From Eledone cirrhosa (taxonomy: Eukaryota): a DNA stretch of 64,000 bases. Below are positions 41,193 through 56,281 of this stretch, one piece after another (position 1 is the first letter of the stretch; each line of letters starts with the position of its first letter). Location of the stretch: positions 35,216,001 through 35,280,000 of the forward strand of contig OZ024745.1 in the NCBI GenBank assembly GCA_964016885.1, read 5' to 3'. The position numbers were made by a program, and so were the translations under genes. The notes beneath the pieces are model-generated. The model searched no databases, was not told where the DNA came from, and saw only the letters and a program-made list of their open reading frames with translations.

Positions 41193-42832
41193 TTTATGAT
41201 TTTTGTATAGAAACATTGACACTTCTATTATACAGACTATCTTATTCTCACTCACCGAGCTGCAATCCTGGGTCAAGCAAAGACCGAGAAAACTGGGCGC
41301 CTGGCACACTGAGTGTGCCCAGGCGCTCACCGCCCTCTGGCAGGCGGATCCGGTTATCAGTGGAGACTCCACCGCAACATTCTATAGAGGGCTGGTACGC
41401 AGCAGGTGCGACGACGCCCTCGGAGAAGCCCTAGACATGGAGGAGGACGAACTGGCCAGCCTGTTCGGTAGGACATTCAGCCCGGGACCTATGGACAACT
41501 TCCAGAAGTCCCTGACCTGGCAGTGCTACCGAGGGGCTTTACCCGTTCGAGAAAGGCTCTACAGACACGGGCGCCCGGGTAGGGACCCCGCCAAAAAGAT
41601 CTGTCCCAGATGCGTGTGCGACGAGGAAACCGTTGCACACGCATTGGTACACTGCTCGGGCGTAGCCGATCTGTGGGGCTATGTCGAACAACTGCTGTCA
41701 AGGGTGGGACCGATCCGGTTGACCACCGAGTCTATTGTAATGATCAAGCCGCCTCCCCCCTTCAAAGATGAAGCAGAGGCGGTGTTTCTGTGCGTAATAG
41801 CCATGGCGAAAGAGGTTGTATGGTGGACGCGTCTGAAAGGACTGAGGTCAGGCACCTTTCTCTCTGGCCAACAACTGGTCCGTTTCTTCCGATATCATTT
41901 CGGAAGAAGGATCAGGATGGAGAGAGAGGTGCTGCACCCCAGTCGTTTTTATGAAAGGTGGGTGAAAGTGGCGAGAATGGCCCGTGTGAATGGGCCTTCT
42001 CTTTACATAAGCCTGTAGGTGGAAAAGAGGAAGGAACGAGGGAGCACCCCCTCTTTGTGCTCCTGAGGAAAAGGGTTGCACACTTTTTTCGGGGGTGTGT
42101 GCGACCCCCCAAGGCGCCTCCTCTCTATTGAGGATTTTGTTAAAAATTTTATTTTTTGTTATATCTTATTTTATTTTTATATTTTGTTATTGCCTCCTCC
42201 TTATTGAGGACGCCTTTTTGTGTAAACTCCCCCCTTTGTACTTGTCCCACTTTTGATGCCCTAGTGGCAAATAAAAGAAACTTATCTTATTTTATATAGT
42301 ATCCTTATGTTAATACATATATTATTACTCTAATGGGAATTGTAACTAAAATTGAGAGTGACAGCCGCAAATACAGTCAGTCCTTCGTTTTTCTATCTAT
42401 CTCTACCATATACTATATATTTGCAATGGTATATAAAATACGATATGAAACAGTGTAGGGGTATGTTAAAATCACAGCGATTTTTTTTTGTGGTTATGTC
42501 AACTTCAAATTAATAACACAAGTCAAATAGTTATAAATGTTAATAAACACAACCACACAAAAAAAAAATCATTATCATTTTAACATAACCCTACACTGTT
42601 TCATATCGTATTTTATATACCATTGCAAATATATAGTATATGGTAGAGATAGATAGAAAAACGTAGGACTGACTGTCGCTCTCAACTTTTAGTTACAATT
42701 CCCATTAGAGTAATAATATATGTGTTAACATAAGGATACTAGGGCTGATTCATTTGCATATGTCTCAGTATATACAATTAGATAGTCTGTATAATAAAAG
42801 TGTCAATGTTTCTATACAAAAAAAATCATAAA
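41193..42832. mobile_element. AT-rich fold-back (MITE-like) element split by a Tx1 insertion
   Basis: 41193-41243 pairs with 42778-42832; 42297-42741 is an inner palindrome. Confidence 0.8.
41247..42282 (+). mobile_element. 5'-truncated Tx1-clade LINE with an open ORF2 C-terminus and a 9-bp TSD
   Basis: ORF homologous to 9040-9800 (WQCYRGALPV, CPRC..EETVAH); ends GTGGCAAATAAAAGAAA; TATCTTATT at 41238-41246 and 42283-42291. Confidence 0.9.
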
Positions 42833-44635
42833 AATTTGATGGTTTACGAATAAATTCTTTCTCAATTGTATCTATTTCAACAATCCAAAAACCATTACAA
42901 GAATATCATAAACGATTTTAAACATAATTTCCAGCAGTAGTAAAACATTCTATATGAAATAAACATTATTTTTAGTAGGCAGTTAACTGATCATGTTAGC
43001 CATATGGGAGCCCCCAAGCACTTTCATATTTAACAGCCTTATGTTAGGTTATGTTTAGCATATAGCGCATGCAAATATTTTGCAATCATTCAGAGTAAAC
43101 CCACTTCTTGTTACTCCAACATGTCTTTCTCTGCAGATATTTCGGTTATATCTGTGGAAATCATTTACATCAATTTTATCAATCTGGGAGGTTTCGTAAA
43201 GTCCATTAGCACTGCGTATCTTTAGTGTCTATCATTTTAATAATTAATATTTAGATAGACGTATTTTAGATATATGAATATTTTAGATAGACGTATATAC
43301 ATTTGCAGGTAGATCGAAATACAAATAAATACATACATTGATAAACGTAATTCGACAGAATACATTTTGTGTATTAATTCATTTTATGACTATTAAATAA
43401 CATTAAATGAACATTATAAAAGAATATTACATTTAACAATGAATTCTAGATGTAAACAACATTTTCAGTTCTAGATTTCGGACCAACCCAGTTCTAATAC
43501 TCGAAATAAACTATGTGTCTTTTGAAAAGGTAAGGATGGTCCTCATTACTCGAATTGTTTAGAATTCCAAATGAAGTTTATACATATTTCGGTGCGAGAA
43601 AATATAGTTATATATTTATAAAATATTTAGTATTTACTGCAAAACAATACTGTTAGTATATCATGTAACTGACAATTAAGAACTAGTTGGAACTTATTGA
43701 TATATATTATAACTCCTACCCAGTTTCAAGGCGCCAAAATTGGCAGATTTGTTAGCGGCTAAATGTTTTACATTATTCATCCCGACACTCAGCGTTGTTT
43801 GTGTTCAATTTCCGCTGAGGTCAATTTGTAATTTATCCTTTCGTGACAGATAAATAGAAGGATAACTAAAAATACCAGTCAAGTGTTCGGTTAAATCTTT
43901 TATTTCCCCTTTTCTCGCTTTCTCTGCACAACTTCAGCCATGTTAAGGCTTAGAGAGAGAGAGAGAGAGAGAGAGGCTCCGTCCGTTTAAATGTAAAAGA
44001 AGCACTTATGTACCGACAGTGCTTCTATGACTTCTTCAGGAGCCCTGAGCTCATTGATATCCAGTGTACTATAACGATATCATATATGTTTGAGGATATT
44101 AGATCTCTGATCAAATCACTTTCCAGACATTTACAATTCCCCCCAAAATACTTTGCATATACTGTTTCAAATTATTTTGATACACATTTATCATTGCGAA
44201 TTGTCACCCTCTGTGAGGTATCATACACTCCACTGTGAACTTAATAAGATATCCAAGCTGACGAGTGAGGTTTGGTGATAATTTCTTACTCTTGTAAAGT
44301 ATTCAATCTTGATTTGATATTAATCTAAGGCTTACACAAATGGATAAATTTGCGTGGTAACGAATGAGATTAAACAAAAACATTAAGTGTAATAGAGTAC
44401 ATTTGCTAAATGATTAATTATGTAGCTCTCAAAGAGAGAGAAGGTTGTCTGATTATCAGAATGCGAATGGGACCAACGATTTTAAAGTTTATGTCTAGAT
44501 GACATAAAGTTGTAGTGGGAATGGTGTCTTATGAAAAATTTGAATAGTTTTTATGAATTATATTAATGAGTGGTGGAGCTATGACAACATCATAAGATTT
44601 AAGTGAACATGGGCGCTAAGCAAGATGGTCATATA

Positions 44636-44717
<82 letters not shown>

Positions 44718-45932
44718 TATATATATATATATGCATATATGAGAGATACAGAACAACTTTGTTATTATTTCATGTAAAGTACAAGATGACTTATGTTATA
44801 CATTTATCATTTCATTGTATACAGATGTTGTTTGAAATATTTTAGGGAGCTTTTTTTAGGATTCAGTACCAGTGACAATATTTAATAGTCATCAGTATAA
44901 TAATGAGGCAAGGGTTACACAAAACAATGTTATCAGAGGTAAAATATGCTGCATTATAGTCAGAATTTTACAGTTAAGAACCGGTCAAGTGTATTAAAAG
45001 AGTGAACCAAACGGTGGGAGATATTCACCGTGGAAGAGTTTGATAAGGAAACTCGTTGAAAGATTGTTTTTACACTAGAATATGTTGGAAAACTTATGAA
45101 TGTTATGAATGTTACAATCTCTGGGTAATGTAATAGAGTGGAAATATGTCGATGATAACTTCAATATAAGAATTGATTTGAGTGAAATATTAGATGCGGT
45201 CGAAAGAGCTTAGAGCTCAGAGAGAGAGAAAGAGAGAGAGGGAGGGGCATGGGAGGGAAAGAGTGAGAATAAATGATTTCCAAAAGTTGAAGTATATGGT
45301 AAATATACTCTACTACAATCCATCGATATTTCTCTAGCTGCAAATATATCCTTTAATATATTACTATTCTACATAACTATATTTATTTTTGATGTAGCTT
45401 GCTTTGAAGAAAAAATCCCAAAACACATTAAAAAAACTCACAAGTATACTTTTAATCAAAATAAATAAAATGCGTTTATATGCACAACAATATAAAGTTT
45501 TATAGTCGAGATTTTTTAAATCAAAATATAAGCCATTGAAATAATATGTTAAATGTAAAACTTTGAAGCAATGGGGAATTGTATTGTGATTGAAGTGTAT
45601 TACACAATAGTTCGGTGATTCATATTGTTGACATGGATTAATTAAAAAAAATATTGCATCAGATTCAACATCTTTTAGATATTTTTTGAATGACAGCAAT
45701 GCGCGCTACACACACACATATACGTCTCGTATATATTTTTTACTATAAATATATATGTATGTATGTATTAGTTCTGTGTTGAAGGTTCTAGTTGGTTGAC
45801 AAGACTGGCCCATTGAATAACAGGAACATCTTCTTTCCAGTGCAGTAGACTGGAATACCGCCAAATAAAGATTCTCGTTGAAATACATGAATATAATAGG
45901 CCAAACATCTTAACCACTAGGCTACGACCTTT

Positions 45933-46011
<79 letters not shown>

Positions 46012-46096
46012 CTAAGGAGGTGTGGTACGGAACCAGATGGACCATAACGCACCAGAGTTCTCAATACTTAGTGTAGTAGAGTGGGTAATAGGATAC

Positions 46097-46197
46097 AGTT
46101 TAACCCCGACGGCAGAGCTCAAGCCATTTCGACGGCTGTTTCTGGACTCCAGAAATAGCCGTCGAAACGGCTTGAGCTCTGCCGTCGGGGTTAAACT
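46097..46197. mobile_element. Short palindrome made of a duplicated hammerhead 3' half
   Basis: GACGGCTGTTTCTGG-act-CCAGAAATAGCCGTC-GAAA-CGGC(ttgagctct)GCCG-TC-GGGG; single-arm copies at ~38376-38430 and 55573-55625. Confidence 0.75.
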
Positions 46198-46247
46198 TTT
46201 TCATATATATATATATATAAGTAGCTCCACAGCAGTTAGTTCACCAT

Positions 46248-46290
46248 ACCGAGAACAAATGTTTCACCTTATGCGGATCTTCAGCTCGGT
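46248..46290 (-). ncRNA. Type I hammerhead ribozyme, intact core
   Basis: Minus strand reads ACCGAG-CUGAAGA-UCCGCAUAAGGU-GAAA-CAUUUG-UU-CUCGGU, with a perfect 6-bp stem I. Confidence 0.8.
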
Positions 46291-46501
46291 CTGAGTGAAG
46301 TTGTGCGGTTGCTTTTCCTTTTCCGTACAACTTCACTCAGACTGTGTTAGATTTTGCCTACCACAATGTTCAATTTGTCAAGCTATTTAAACGTATGTTA
46401 TTACTCTGAGGACCTACCTTGTCGAGTGCTTTGCTAACTCATTCATATCGTACGTCGAATTTGCTTGCACACCGCCAAAGATTCGATTTTACTAAGCCTC
46501 C

Positions 46502-47190
<689 letters not shown>

Positions 47191-47192
47191 TA

Positions 47193-47254
<62 letters not shown>

Positions 47255-47861
47255 CGCGTGTGTGTGTTTGTAAAAGGTAAACACAAATTATAACAAAATC
47301 GGTACAGTATATGGAAGGATATATTAGGTTAACGCTTGAAATTGCAGGAAGAGGGTCGTAACGTTTCGCACGCTAGTCCTTCATCAGAAGAAAGAATAAG
47401 AAAGTAGAAGATTGAATGGACGGGCGGGGTGTAATGGGAAAATGTCTTTAGATATAAATAACAGATAATAAATGCCATCTCTTGGATATATACGCTCTTC
47501 TCTTATTTCAGTTATCGTATGTATCAAGGTTTTGACTCATCGTCTGTTAGACTTCATATTTCTCCCAGTTTCTGTAAAGCCAGCTGTTTGATGAAAACTG
47601 CCTCCTCAGATCTTAGCACTACCATTAGTTCTTATTTTGAACTCATTTCTCTTATTCTATTTCTTGTGTGGTTTTCATTCTTCGTTTACTCTTTATAAGT
47701 TTTAGCCATACATTTATTTGTAACGTCCATTTTTTACTATCAATTTTAAATAAATCTTTATATAGACACCTGACCCCCCCCTCCACACACTCACACACAC
47801 ACATTTATAGTATATATATATATTCCATGTATTTATATGTATTTATATATATATATATATT

Positions 47862-48285
47862 CTAGGGCGAGTAAAATTCCCGAGATCCATGGACGAGTTC
47901 TCTCCAGCGGTCTCTGTCCCTCATTATCGCTGCCATGCCCTGCGTCTCCAACAGACCAGTGTCTGCCCTTAGGGCATCAACACACGTTAACCTTGGTCTT
48001 CCTCTTCCAGTGTGTCCATGTAGAGCCTCCCACAGGAGCACTGAGTGCAATGTCAACTCTGGATGTCGGTGAGCATGTCCAGCTAACCTCAATCTCCTCT
48101 GTGTCACTTTTGAGCTAACTTTTGGGAGGCTCCCATACAGCTCTGAGTTTTTCATCCTCAGTGTATACTGATTAATGTTCAGAGCCATCCCCAGCATTCT
48201 CGTGTAGCACCCATCCACCATCTGAGTGTCCAAGTCTCAGACCCGCACAGCAGCTCAGACTCCACTACAACAATGAAGAGGCGGA
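47862..48285 (-). mobile_element. RTE-clade LINE 3' fragment
   Basis: GCYTRMLGMALNI...RRLRLAGHAHRH...GRGRPRLT...DRDRWR. Confidence 0.85.
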
Positions 48286-48667
48286 TTATATATATATATA
48301 TGCACATATAATGTTGAAAAAGAAATTGTAAAATAATAGAGTTAACGTACATCCAGGCTCAGGTACTAAGGATTGAAATATATACACATACAAGTATGAA
48401 AGCACGCGTATAAACACACACACACGCGCAACCACGTCTTATTCGGGAAACCTCTGGTAATGAGGTAATTATATTGTATTGTTTATTATACATTAAATTT
48501 AGTTCTGGTACTTACATAGAGCATTCTTCACTCCTATGACTTTTTCAATTTTCAACGGAAACTTCAATACATATATATATATACATATATATAGATAAGT
48601 TTTAGCCATACATTTTATTTGTAACGTCCATTTTACTATCAATTTTAAATACATCTTTATATAGATA

Positions 48668-48757
<90 letters not shown>

Positions 48758-51700
48758 ACTCACCCACATATATATGGGAAAGAGGGAGGGAGGCAGAGAT
48801 TCAGCAGTAGGGAAGAAGGGTGGAAAAGAAAGAAAGAAAAAAGGAAAGAAATGAAAGGACCATCAATGAATTTTCGCCGAAGTAGACATTGATAGATTGT
48901 AGGCCGAATTGCGAAAGACAAACAAAACAAATATACAAAGGAAGAAACAAATAATATAGTAGATATACATTAAGTTAGCTTCTTTATAAAACTCAATTAT
49001 ATTCTCTTTGTGTAGTATATCGTAATTTCAGTTTGTCGATCATGTGTAAATAATTCATCTGCAAATCATGTAGACGACTTATCATTATTAATTGTTTATT
49101 CGTTTCCGATGTTTACTGTTATTCTTCTTCTCCTTCTCTCTGTGATCATTATTTAAGTTATATTTTAATATATGTTTGTAAAGCCGAGACAACCAATAGA
49201 ATCATATATACACTAGGGACCTTGTGCTTGTCGCTTCAACGTCAGATTAATTTTACTGGCTGCCGGATGTTTAATTATTTGTAAAACACACAGATATATC
49301 ATTTCACTCCACTGCACTTTCCTTTTAGTTTAATGTCACACTATATTGAACCGTGTCTTTATTTGGTCGTTCGACCTTCTAAAAATAGGTACCAAATATC
49401 TTTTAGAATGAATGATATATTGAATAATATTATATTAATATTGTTTATACGTATATTTTAGTTTGATATCTAATTATACTGAAATGTGCTTGTATATAGT
49501 CGTTTGATTTGTTAGAAATAGTAACCTACTCTTCCAAAAGCATGAAGGGAACATAGAATAATATTGTGATATTAACATTGTTATATATACATTGGCTGGA
49601 GCAAAATAAAAGTAGGGGGTTTTCTGCTCAAGGGAGGAAACATTTGTGAAATGTGAAATCACAGTCCTGTTCCATGGGTTTAGATTGGGCGGATATAAAT
49701 CTGCAAATTCAGAGCAGCGGACCAAAAGAAAGATAGTGATCAGAGGTGTTGTATTGTTGATGAATAATGGCTTATCTATTAAACCGAATTTAATTGATAT
49801 GATTGAACCTTCCCAAATGTTTGAGTAGCACTGATGTCTTAGATCTATTAACCATCCATAGGTCCTTAAATCCAGAATGAGTCACAGAGACTTCATAGGA
49901 ATATAATTGGGCATTTAAACGTCGCTGTGCCCATCCTACTTCAGATTAGAGCACAGCTGATTTCTTCCAGGTTTTACTTTATTCTTGTCTCAGTAACGAG
50001 TGAGTAAATGTCACCGATGATGCACAGAAATCTAGAAACATGGGTCTAACATTATCATACGGCAACTGTGACAGCTTAAAACATTCATAGCGAGATTCTT
50101 ATGTTTTAATATACAGAAACATATCGTATATGGCTTCATATACACTGCTATTGTGAACCAGGCGATGCTAGTTCTTCAACTAATTATTCCTAGCCAGTAA
50201 ATTTCGCATTATAAGCAAATGAGCATTTCTACCGAGATTTTTCTATCGTTATTGAATGTAAACACATCGTATATGCATTCATATACATATCCCTATTAGG
50301 TTATAGCAGTTGGTCAAGTTTGAAATAATTTTTAGTTCTTAAGAGAAACACCTACCCTTTTCATATTCACATATATGCTATCTTTAAGAAATATCAATTT
50401 ATTGTAAAGTGCAGCTTTTATAGTAAGTGTGATAATTTAAACGCCATTTACATATGTAATAGTTTGTGTTGAGTAGTGGACTTTCCTTATTGTCTAATAT
50501 AAAAACGAATATTGTCATGTAACATAAGAGACAATTACTGTGAATTCTCTTCCGAAACTAAACAATACCCTTGACATGATTTCTTTTCAGGTAACATAAA
50601 GAAATCCATGAATTCTACATTTCTACTCAATAATAAATTCTAAATGAGGTAAAATTTGAGTCTTGTTCCACAGAATGAGGTAAAATTTGAGTCTTGTTCC
50701 CCAGAAATGTCTTTGTGTACTCAACGATCCTACGACTATGCCAATTCGCTGTGTATAAACAAAAGTTAGATTTTTGTGATAGTTTAGTCTGTGGAAGAAG
50801 AACTACACACAACCATTTTAATGCCAGCAAAATAATAAGTTATCTTCCAACCAGAGTCCTGTCGCAACTTTGGATTAAAGTAAAAACATCGAAGGACCAG
50901 GTAGTGGTGTTTAATCGAGCTATTGAATACGTCCCCCCAAATTAAAAAAATAACTTTCCATTAATATATTTATTAAAACTGATTTAGAAAATAATATTTA
51001 GCTAATATTAGATTGGTCGCATTATTCTGATTTGCAATATATTGAAAAGTAAACGTTCTTATTAGAAACTTCGAAGCACCGAACTGAATGCCTTATTGTG
51101 TTCAGGCTCTTCTCTTTGTGTCAAAGAAAACCAAATCTGACTTTGATATTCATTTATTCGAGGTTGATGAAACGAATACCAGTAATATCAAATGCTATGT
51201 TAGGAAACAATGATTTTAGAATGAATGCTGTTTTTTTCTCTAACAAGGACATTCAAACTGATTATTACTGAAAGTGTTGTTCTTAGATCGATGTATTAAA
51301 CTATTAGTTTGCCAAGTAAAAACATTTCCAATATTTATTACTGAACAGAAATAAAGAAATATGGTATGGATTCTAATATCTGCTTCATTACCACATATTG
51401 ACTGAAGCAAATATCACCAAATATCAGCAAACGTGTTGTTAGAGTCTGGCAGAATAATAATTCATCAAAGTAGCCACTTTCTAATTTAGTAATCTAGATA
51501 TACGTATATTATGTATCTCTCATTCACATCATGATTAAAGATTAGCGTCTATCAAATTAGTACAGAGGTTTCTGAGAATCAAATTCTACTCTTAACTTCT
51601 ACGTCAATGATTTATACATGTCTGCAACTACAGTCACTTTCAACAAACTGTCACAACCCACTATTTGTATCAATTATTTTACTCCACAGCACATAATCAT

Positions 51701-53022
51701 CAATTTGACGAACACCTAATATCCATACACCTTGACTCATTTCCAATATAACTTTTCCCCTTCTCTTACAACTCTGTTTGGTCTCTACTCAGAAGTTTCA
51801 TACTCTACCATACATATACACCGTTCCTCGCCTCTCTTGATTACTAAAATGCACCTCACCTCTGAATATGTAGTGATTTAGTGATCTTGTTGATGCTATT
51901 ATTTGTGATTATTTTCGAAGATTTTACTTGTGAAATCCGATTAGGTAGAAGTATAATCTTGCTTCTTTGATAAATATAGTGACTAATTTCGAGGAACAGA
52001 GTAACCTTTGTTGTTATTTACTATTTATTCAATGCTTTCCCGTTATGAACAATTCGACATTTGAGGAGTATTTAGAATTACATTATCAGTTTGATCACTT
52101 TTAAAACAGTAGGGACATGGTTTGTGGTAGATTGGCTGCTATTTCTAGCAGGTCGTACTACATCATAATGGAAGTCTCTCATTAGGTAGCAACTCATGGA
52201 AAAATTGGAGGCGTGAAGGGGAATTTTGTATGAATTTCGTGGGGCAAATGTGAACAAATTTTCAGCTGCTAAATGATCCATCTGAGATGAGAAGTGCTAG
52301 GTAGAAAGACTCCGGAATGTTGGTGGAGTCTCTGTTTGAAAGTAACAGGAAGGCTGCACGGGTAGATTTCAAGCTGTGTGATGCAGAAATACATGTAGAC
52401 ATAAACTATGTATCGTCAATTATATCGCAGGCAATATTTGTGTACTAACTAGTTATTTTGTTGACTCCAGCTCAGAGAAAGTATAGGCCGTACACAACAG
52501 GGCGGATTTGAACTCGGGACATAAAGAGATATTAGGAGACAGAATATTTTACTAGAACTTCTACTGGCTGTGCCAGTTATGAACTAGTATTCTTTTTTTC
52601 CATTCTCCATATTCTATTCAACTTTTTAATGCACCATGTATTTAATATTCACAAAATACAAAGTATGCATAATACATTGAATATATTGATAATAACTTCC
52701 TGTTTATAAAACGGATGGCGTCTAAACATTATCAGAAGCTCTTAAAATTACATACTGGCATCACTATTTCAATATGTAATAACATTTATCAGCATTATTA
52801 TTTTTCATCAACATTATCATAATTATCATTCTCAAAACTACTTGTTATTTAGAACTTGGCGTATGTTAACATTATATTTAGAGATAAACTGTGCAGATGT
52901 ATGTGCATGTACGTTTGTGTTTACACATACATAAATACATATATACATGCATAAACATATAATACATACATACATAGATATTAAAGGCATTCATACATAC
53001 ATGAATACATATATACATGCAT

Positions 53023-53425
53023 ACATGGTGGCTGCCAACTCGTTTTCGAGTACGGCCACTACTTTATATCCATGTAGAAGAACCCCTATCGATGCGTTGA
53101 AAGAGTATGACTTTTTAGTCCAGCCAGCGACTTGAAAACTCTGGTACAAACACTACACTTGTGACAACATAGTGTTGGGCCCATGGTACCATGTGACGAC
53201 AAGTGCAGAGAGATCTCCAGATATAAAGCAATGCCTGTGCCGTGAAGCTTTTATAGTGAGCAAAGGTACTGCACAAAGCCAGTCCCACTCTCTTAACCAA
53301 GATGATATTTACCAAAAAGAAGAACAAGTCAACATCATTGGATACCATCAGGGTTGCAGGTGTTATATCAGAGTTTTCCTTCTCCTAGAATTCTGCCTTG
53401 ACAAAGGCTAAGGGATCATCTCTTC
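53023..53425. mobile_element. Second copy of the 28705-29108 repeat, opposite orientation
   Basis: Near-identical sequence with a ~9-bp indel; the block is bracketed by 23-bp direct repeats at 52981-53003 and 53795-53817. Confidence 0.85.
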
Positions 53426-53526
53426 CATGCACACATACATATTTATATACATACATACATACATACATACTTATATACATACATACCCACATACCCACAG
53501 ACACACGCACACACACACATATATAT

Positions 53527-53559
<33 letters not shown>

Positions 53560-53705
53560 CATGGAACATACATACACACATATGTACATACATATTTATA
53601 TACATACATACATACTTATATACATACATACATACCCACACACACACGCACACACACACACACATATATATATATATTAAGTATTTATGTGTGTATGTAT
53701 GTTCC

Positions 53706-53769
<64 letters not shown>

Positions 53770-54620
53770 GGAACATACATACACACATAAATACTTAAAG
53801 GCATTCATACATACATGCATCTTTATTTCTGTAGTGTCTGTTTCGACGCTGAGAGTTCCAGTGGCTCCATCAATATAGTAGCCTGGTCATGAAATTAACG
53901 TGTATTTGGTAGAGCATTCCAGACATTCTCAGTGAGATTCTCCATGAGATAGTCTGTAGGAATACATGCCATTTAAAGTACAAGTATAGATCATCCGACA
54001 GGCTTCTAGACAGTTTCTGTCTATTCAATTTCACTTCCAAGACATAAGCTAGTGTGTATATTTTAGTAGACATTGATGCTTCCTGATTCGTAATTCTGAG
54101 TTTCAAACTATTAATTAATTAATCAATCATTTGAATACTTTCTAACTTAAACGTCAAGACTCCATAATCAACAACAACAATACTAATTATGTTTGTAAGG
54201 TTTGTATAGCAATCGGTTGCAAGGTGAATCGTATTAATAGGCGTCAGATCAGTCTCTGGTCTCAGAGGCTCAATATATCGCGTAGGAATCTGGAAGTTCT
54301 AGTGATCGTAGACATTTGGGCACTACCTATGAAGTCAGGGATCCCAAGACTTTGGATGAAAGACGTGAGGCGTTTAAGGATCGTGCCAATCGCCCTAATG
54401 ATAATTGGCAGGAGTTCTGTCTATACATTGTGATTAGTTCTAATTGTGCCTGTATGATTTGCATAATTATTGGTCTTTTCTATTTCCTTTTCAGCCACAT
54501 TGTGGTCTTGAGGGATCGCAATGTCAATTAGAGATCATGTTGGGGTTGTTTGTTTCCACGACAATATCAGGGGTGTTGTGTTGGACTTGATCTCGTAGTC
54601 CCAAAATAACTCTACTGCCC

Positions 54621-54656
<36 letters not shown>

Positions 54657-54664
54657 AATATTAA

Positions 54665-55035
54665 TAATTGTTTCTAATTTGGAACAAGGCCTGCAATTAT
54701 CCCAGTACATTACTGGCACTTTATTTTATCGAACCCGTAAGGATGAAAAGCAAAGTGAACCTCGGCAGGATTTGAACTCAGACTATAAAGGGGCATAACT
54801 CTAATGTTACAAAGCATAGCTCCGACCTTCTACCGATACTGCGAAAATATTAATTATTGTTTCTACTTTTGGCACAAGGCCAGCAATTAGCCAGAGCATT
54901 ACTGGTACTTTATTTTATCGACCCCGTAAGGATGAAAGGCAAAGTTAACCTCGGCGGGATTTGAACTCAGAATAGCAAGGAACGTAACTCTATACGTCAA
55001 AGGATGGCGTCCGACCCTCTACCAATACTACCAAT
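54665..55035 (-). mobile_element. Two tandem tRNA-derived SINEs
   Basis: Reverse complements of the 18292 family. Confidence 0.85.
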
Positions 55036-55722
55036 CCAAATGGTTTCATTTCAGGCACGAGGCTAGACATTTTTAGGGGTATTTTATTTTATTGACCATG
55101 GAATGTGAGACCACAACGTTTATCCTTCCAGGGTTCATAAAATAAAGTACGGTCAGGTACTGGGGCCGGTATAACGAATTCACTTCTAAAAAATTCCTGA
55201 CATTTTATCTAAATTAGAAACCATTACTACTCGGCGAAGCCCTAATTAACGTTTTCAGGTTTCACCCGAAGAGAAAAAATGAAGGTAGAGAGGGAAATGC
55301 TGCCTTCCAACCAGTTTGTTGAAAGGTGGGTGAGAGAAGCGAGCATGATCCGACTGAATGGGTTTTCTCTGAATGGTATGCGCTTGTGAATTAGAGGAGA
55401 ACATCCGTGAGAGGGCATTCGCCCTAACAGTCAAGTTTAGCACTTGTGATTTTTAAGTTTTATTTATTCCAAGCAAACAATAACTATTCATTGGTGGGGT
55501 GTCTGCCAAAATGGCCAGGTCTCTACAATCACCCCCTCACCCACCCCACACGTTCATATATATATATATATAGTCCAGAAATAGCCGTCGAAACGGCTTG
55601 ATCTCTGCCGTCGGGATCATACTTTCTCATATATATATATATATATATATAAAGGACGTAAAATAAGAAAATATTTTTTTAAAAAAAATTTAAAAAAAAA
55701 TTTTTTTCTTACTTAAATTTTC

Positions 55723-55804
55723 ACTCCAACTAATTAGTTTCTGCAATGGGATAAAGACAGTTATGTAATCCAACTGTCGAGAATTCATTGCGTCATCAGG
55801 AAGT
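55723..55804 (-). ncRNA. Type I hammerhead ribozyme, copy 1
   Basis: Reverse complement of 56609-56690. Confidence 0.85.
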
Positions 55805-56281
55805 CTATTCTCAGTTAAGTCTCCAGGCAATGCGCGGACACTGGCGGCTCATATAAAAATAATAATAATTCGGTAGATCGAACAGCTTGCGAGGACTGAA
55901 TTCTATGTACCGAAATTCTCACTGCTTCAAGTCAAATGGCCGATTCTAAAGAATCAATCACGTGACACAGAGGCTAGTTAGAAGGAATGGGATGGTAAGA
56001 TGACTGACGCCTACTAACACCCCAAAAAAAATTTTTTTAGAAGTGGTTTTGACAAGTTTGCTCGACAAATCAGTGATTTGGAGATAAATATAGATAATTT
56101 AATATATCAACTAACATAAGCGCACAGATGCACGCCCATGCCAGCAAATACACAGGTTATGTCATAGTACCTAGGTGGTTCAATGCAGGAGAATGCAGAA
56201 CAATAATATAAAGGACGTAAAATAAGAAAATATTTTTTTAAAAAAAATTTTAAAAAAAATTTTTTTCTTACTTAAATTTTC

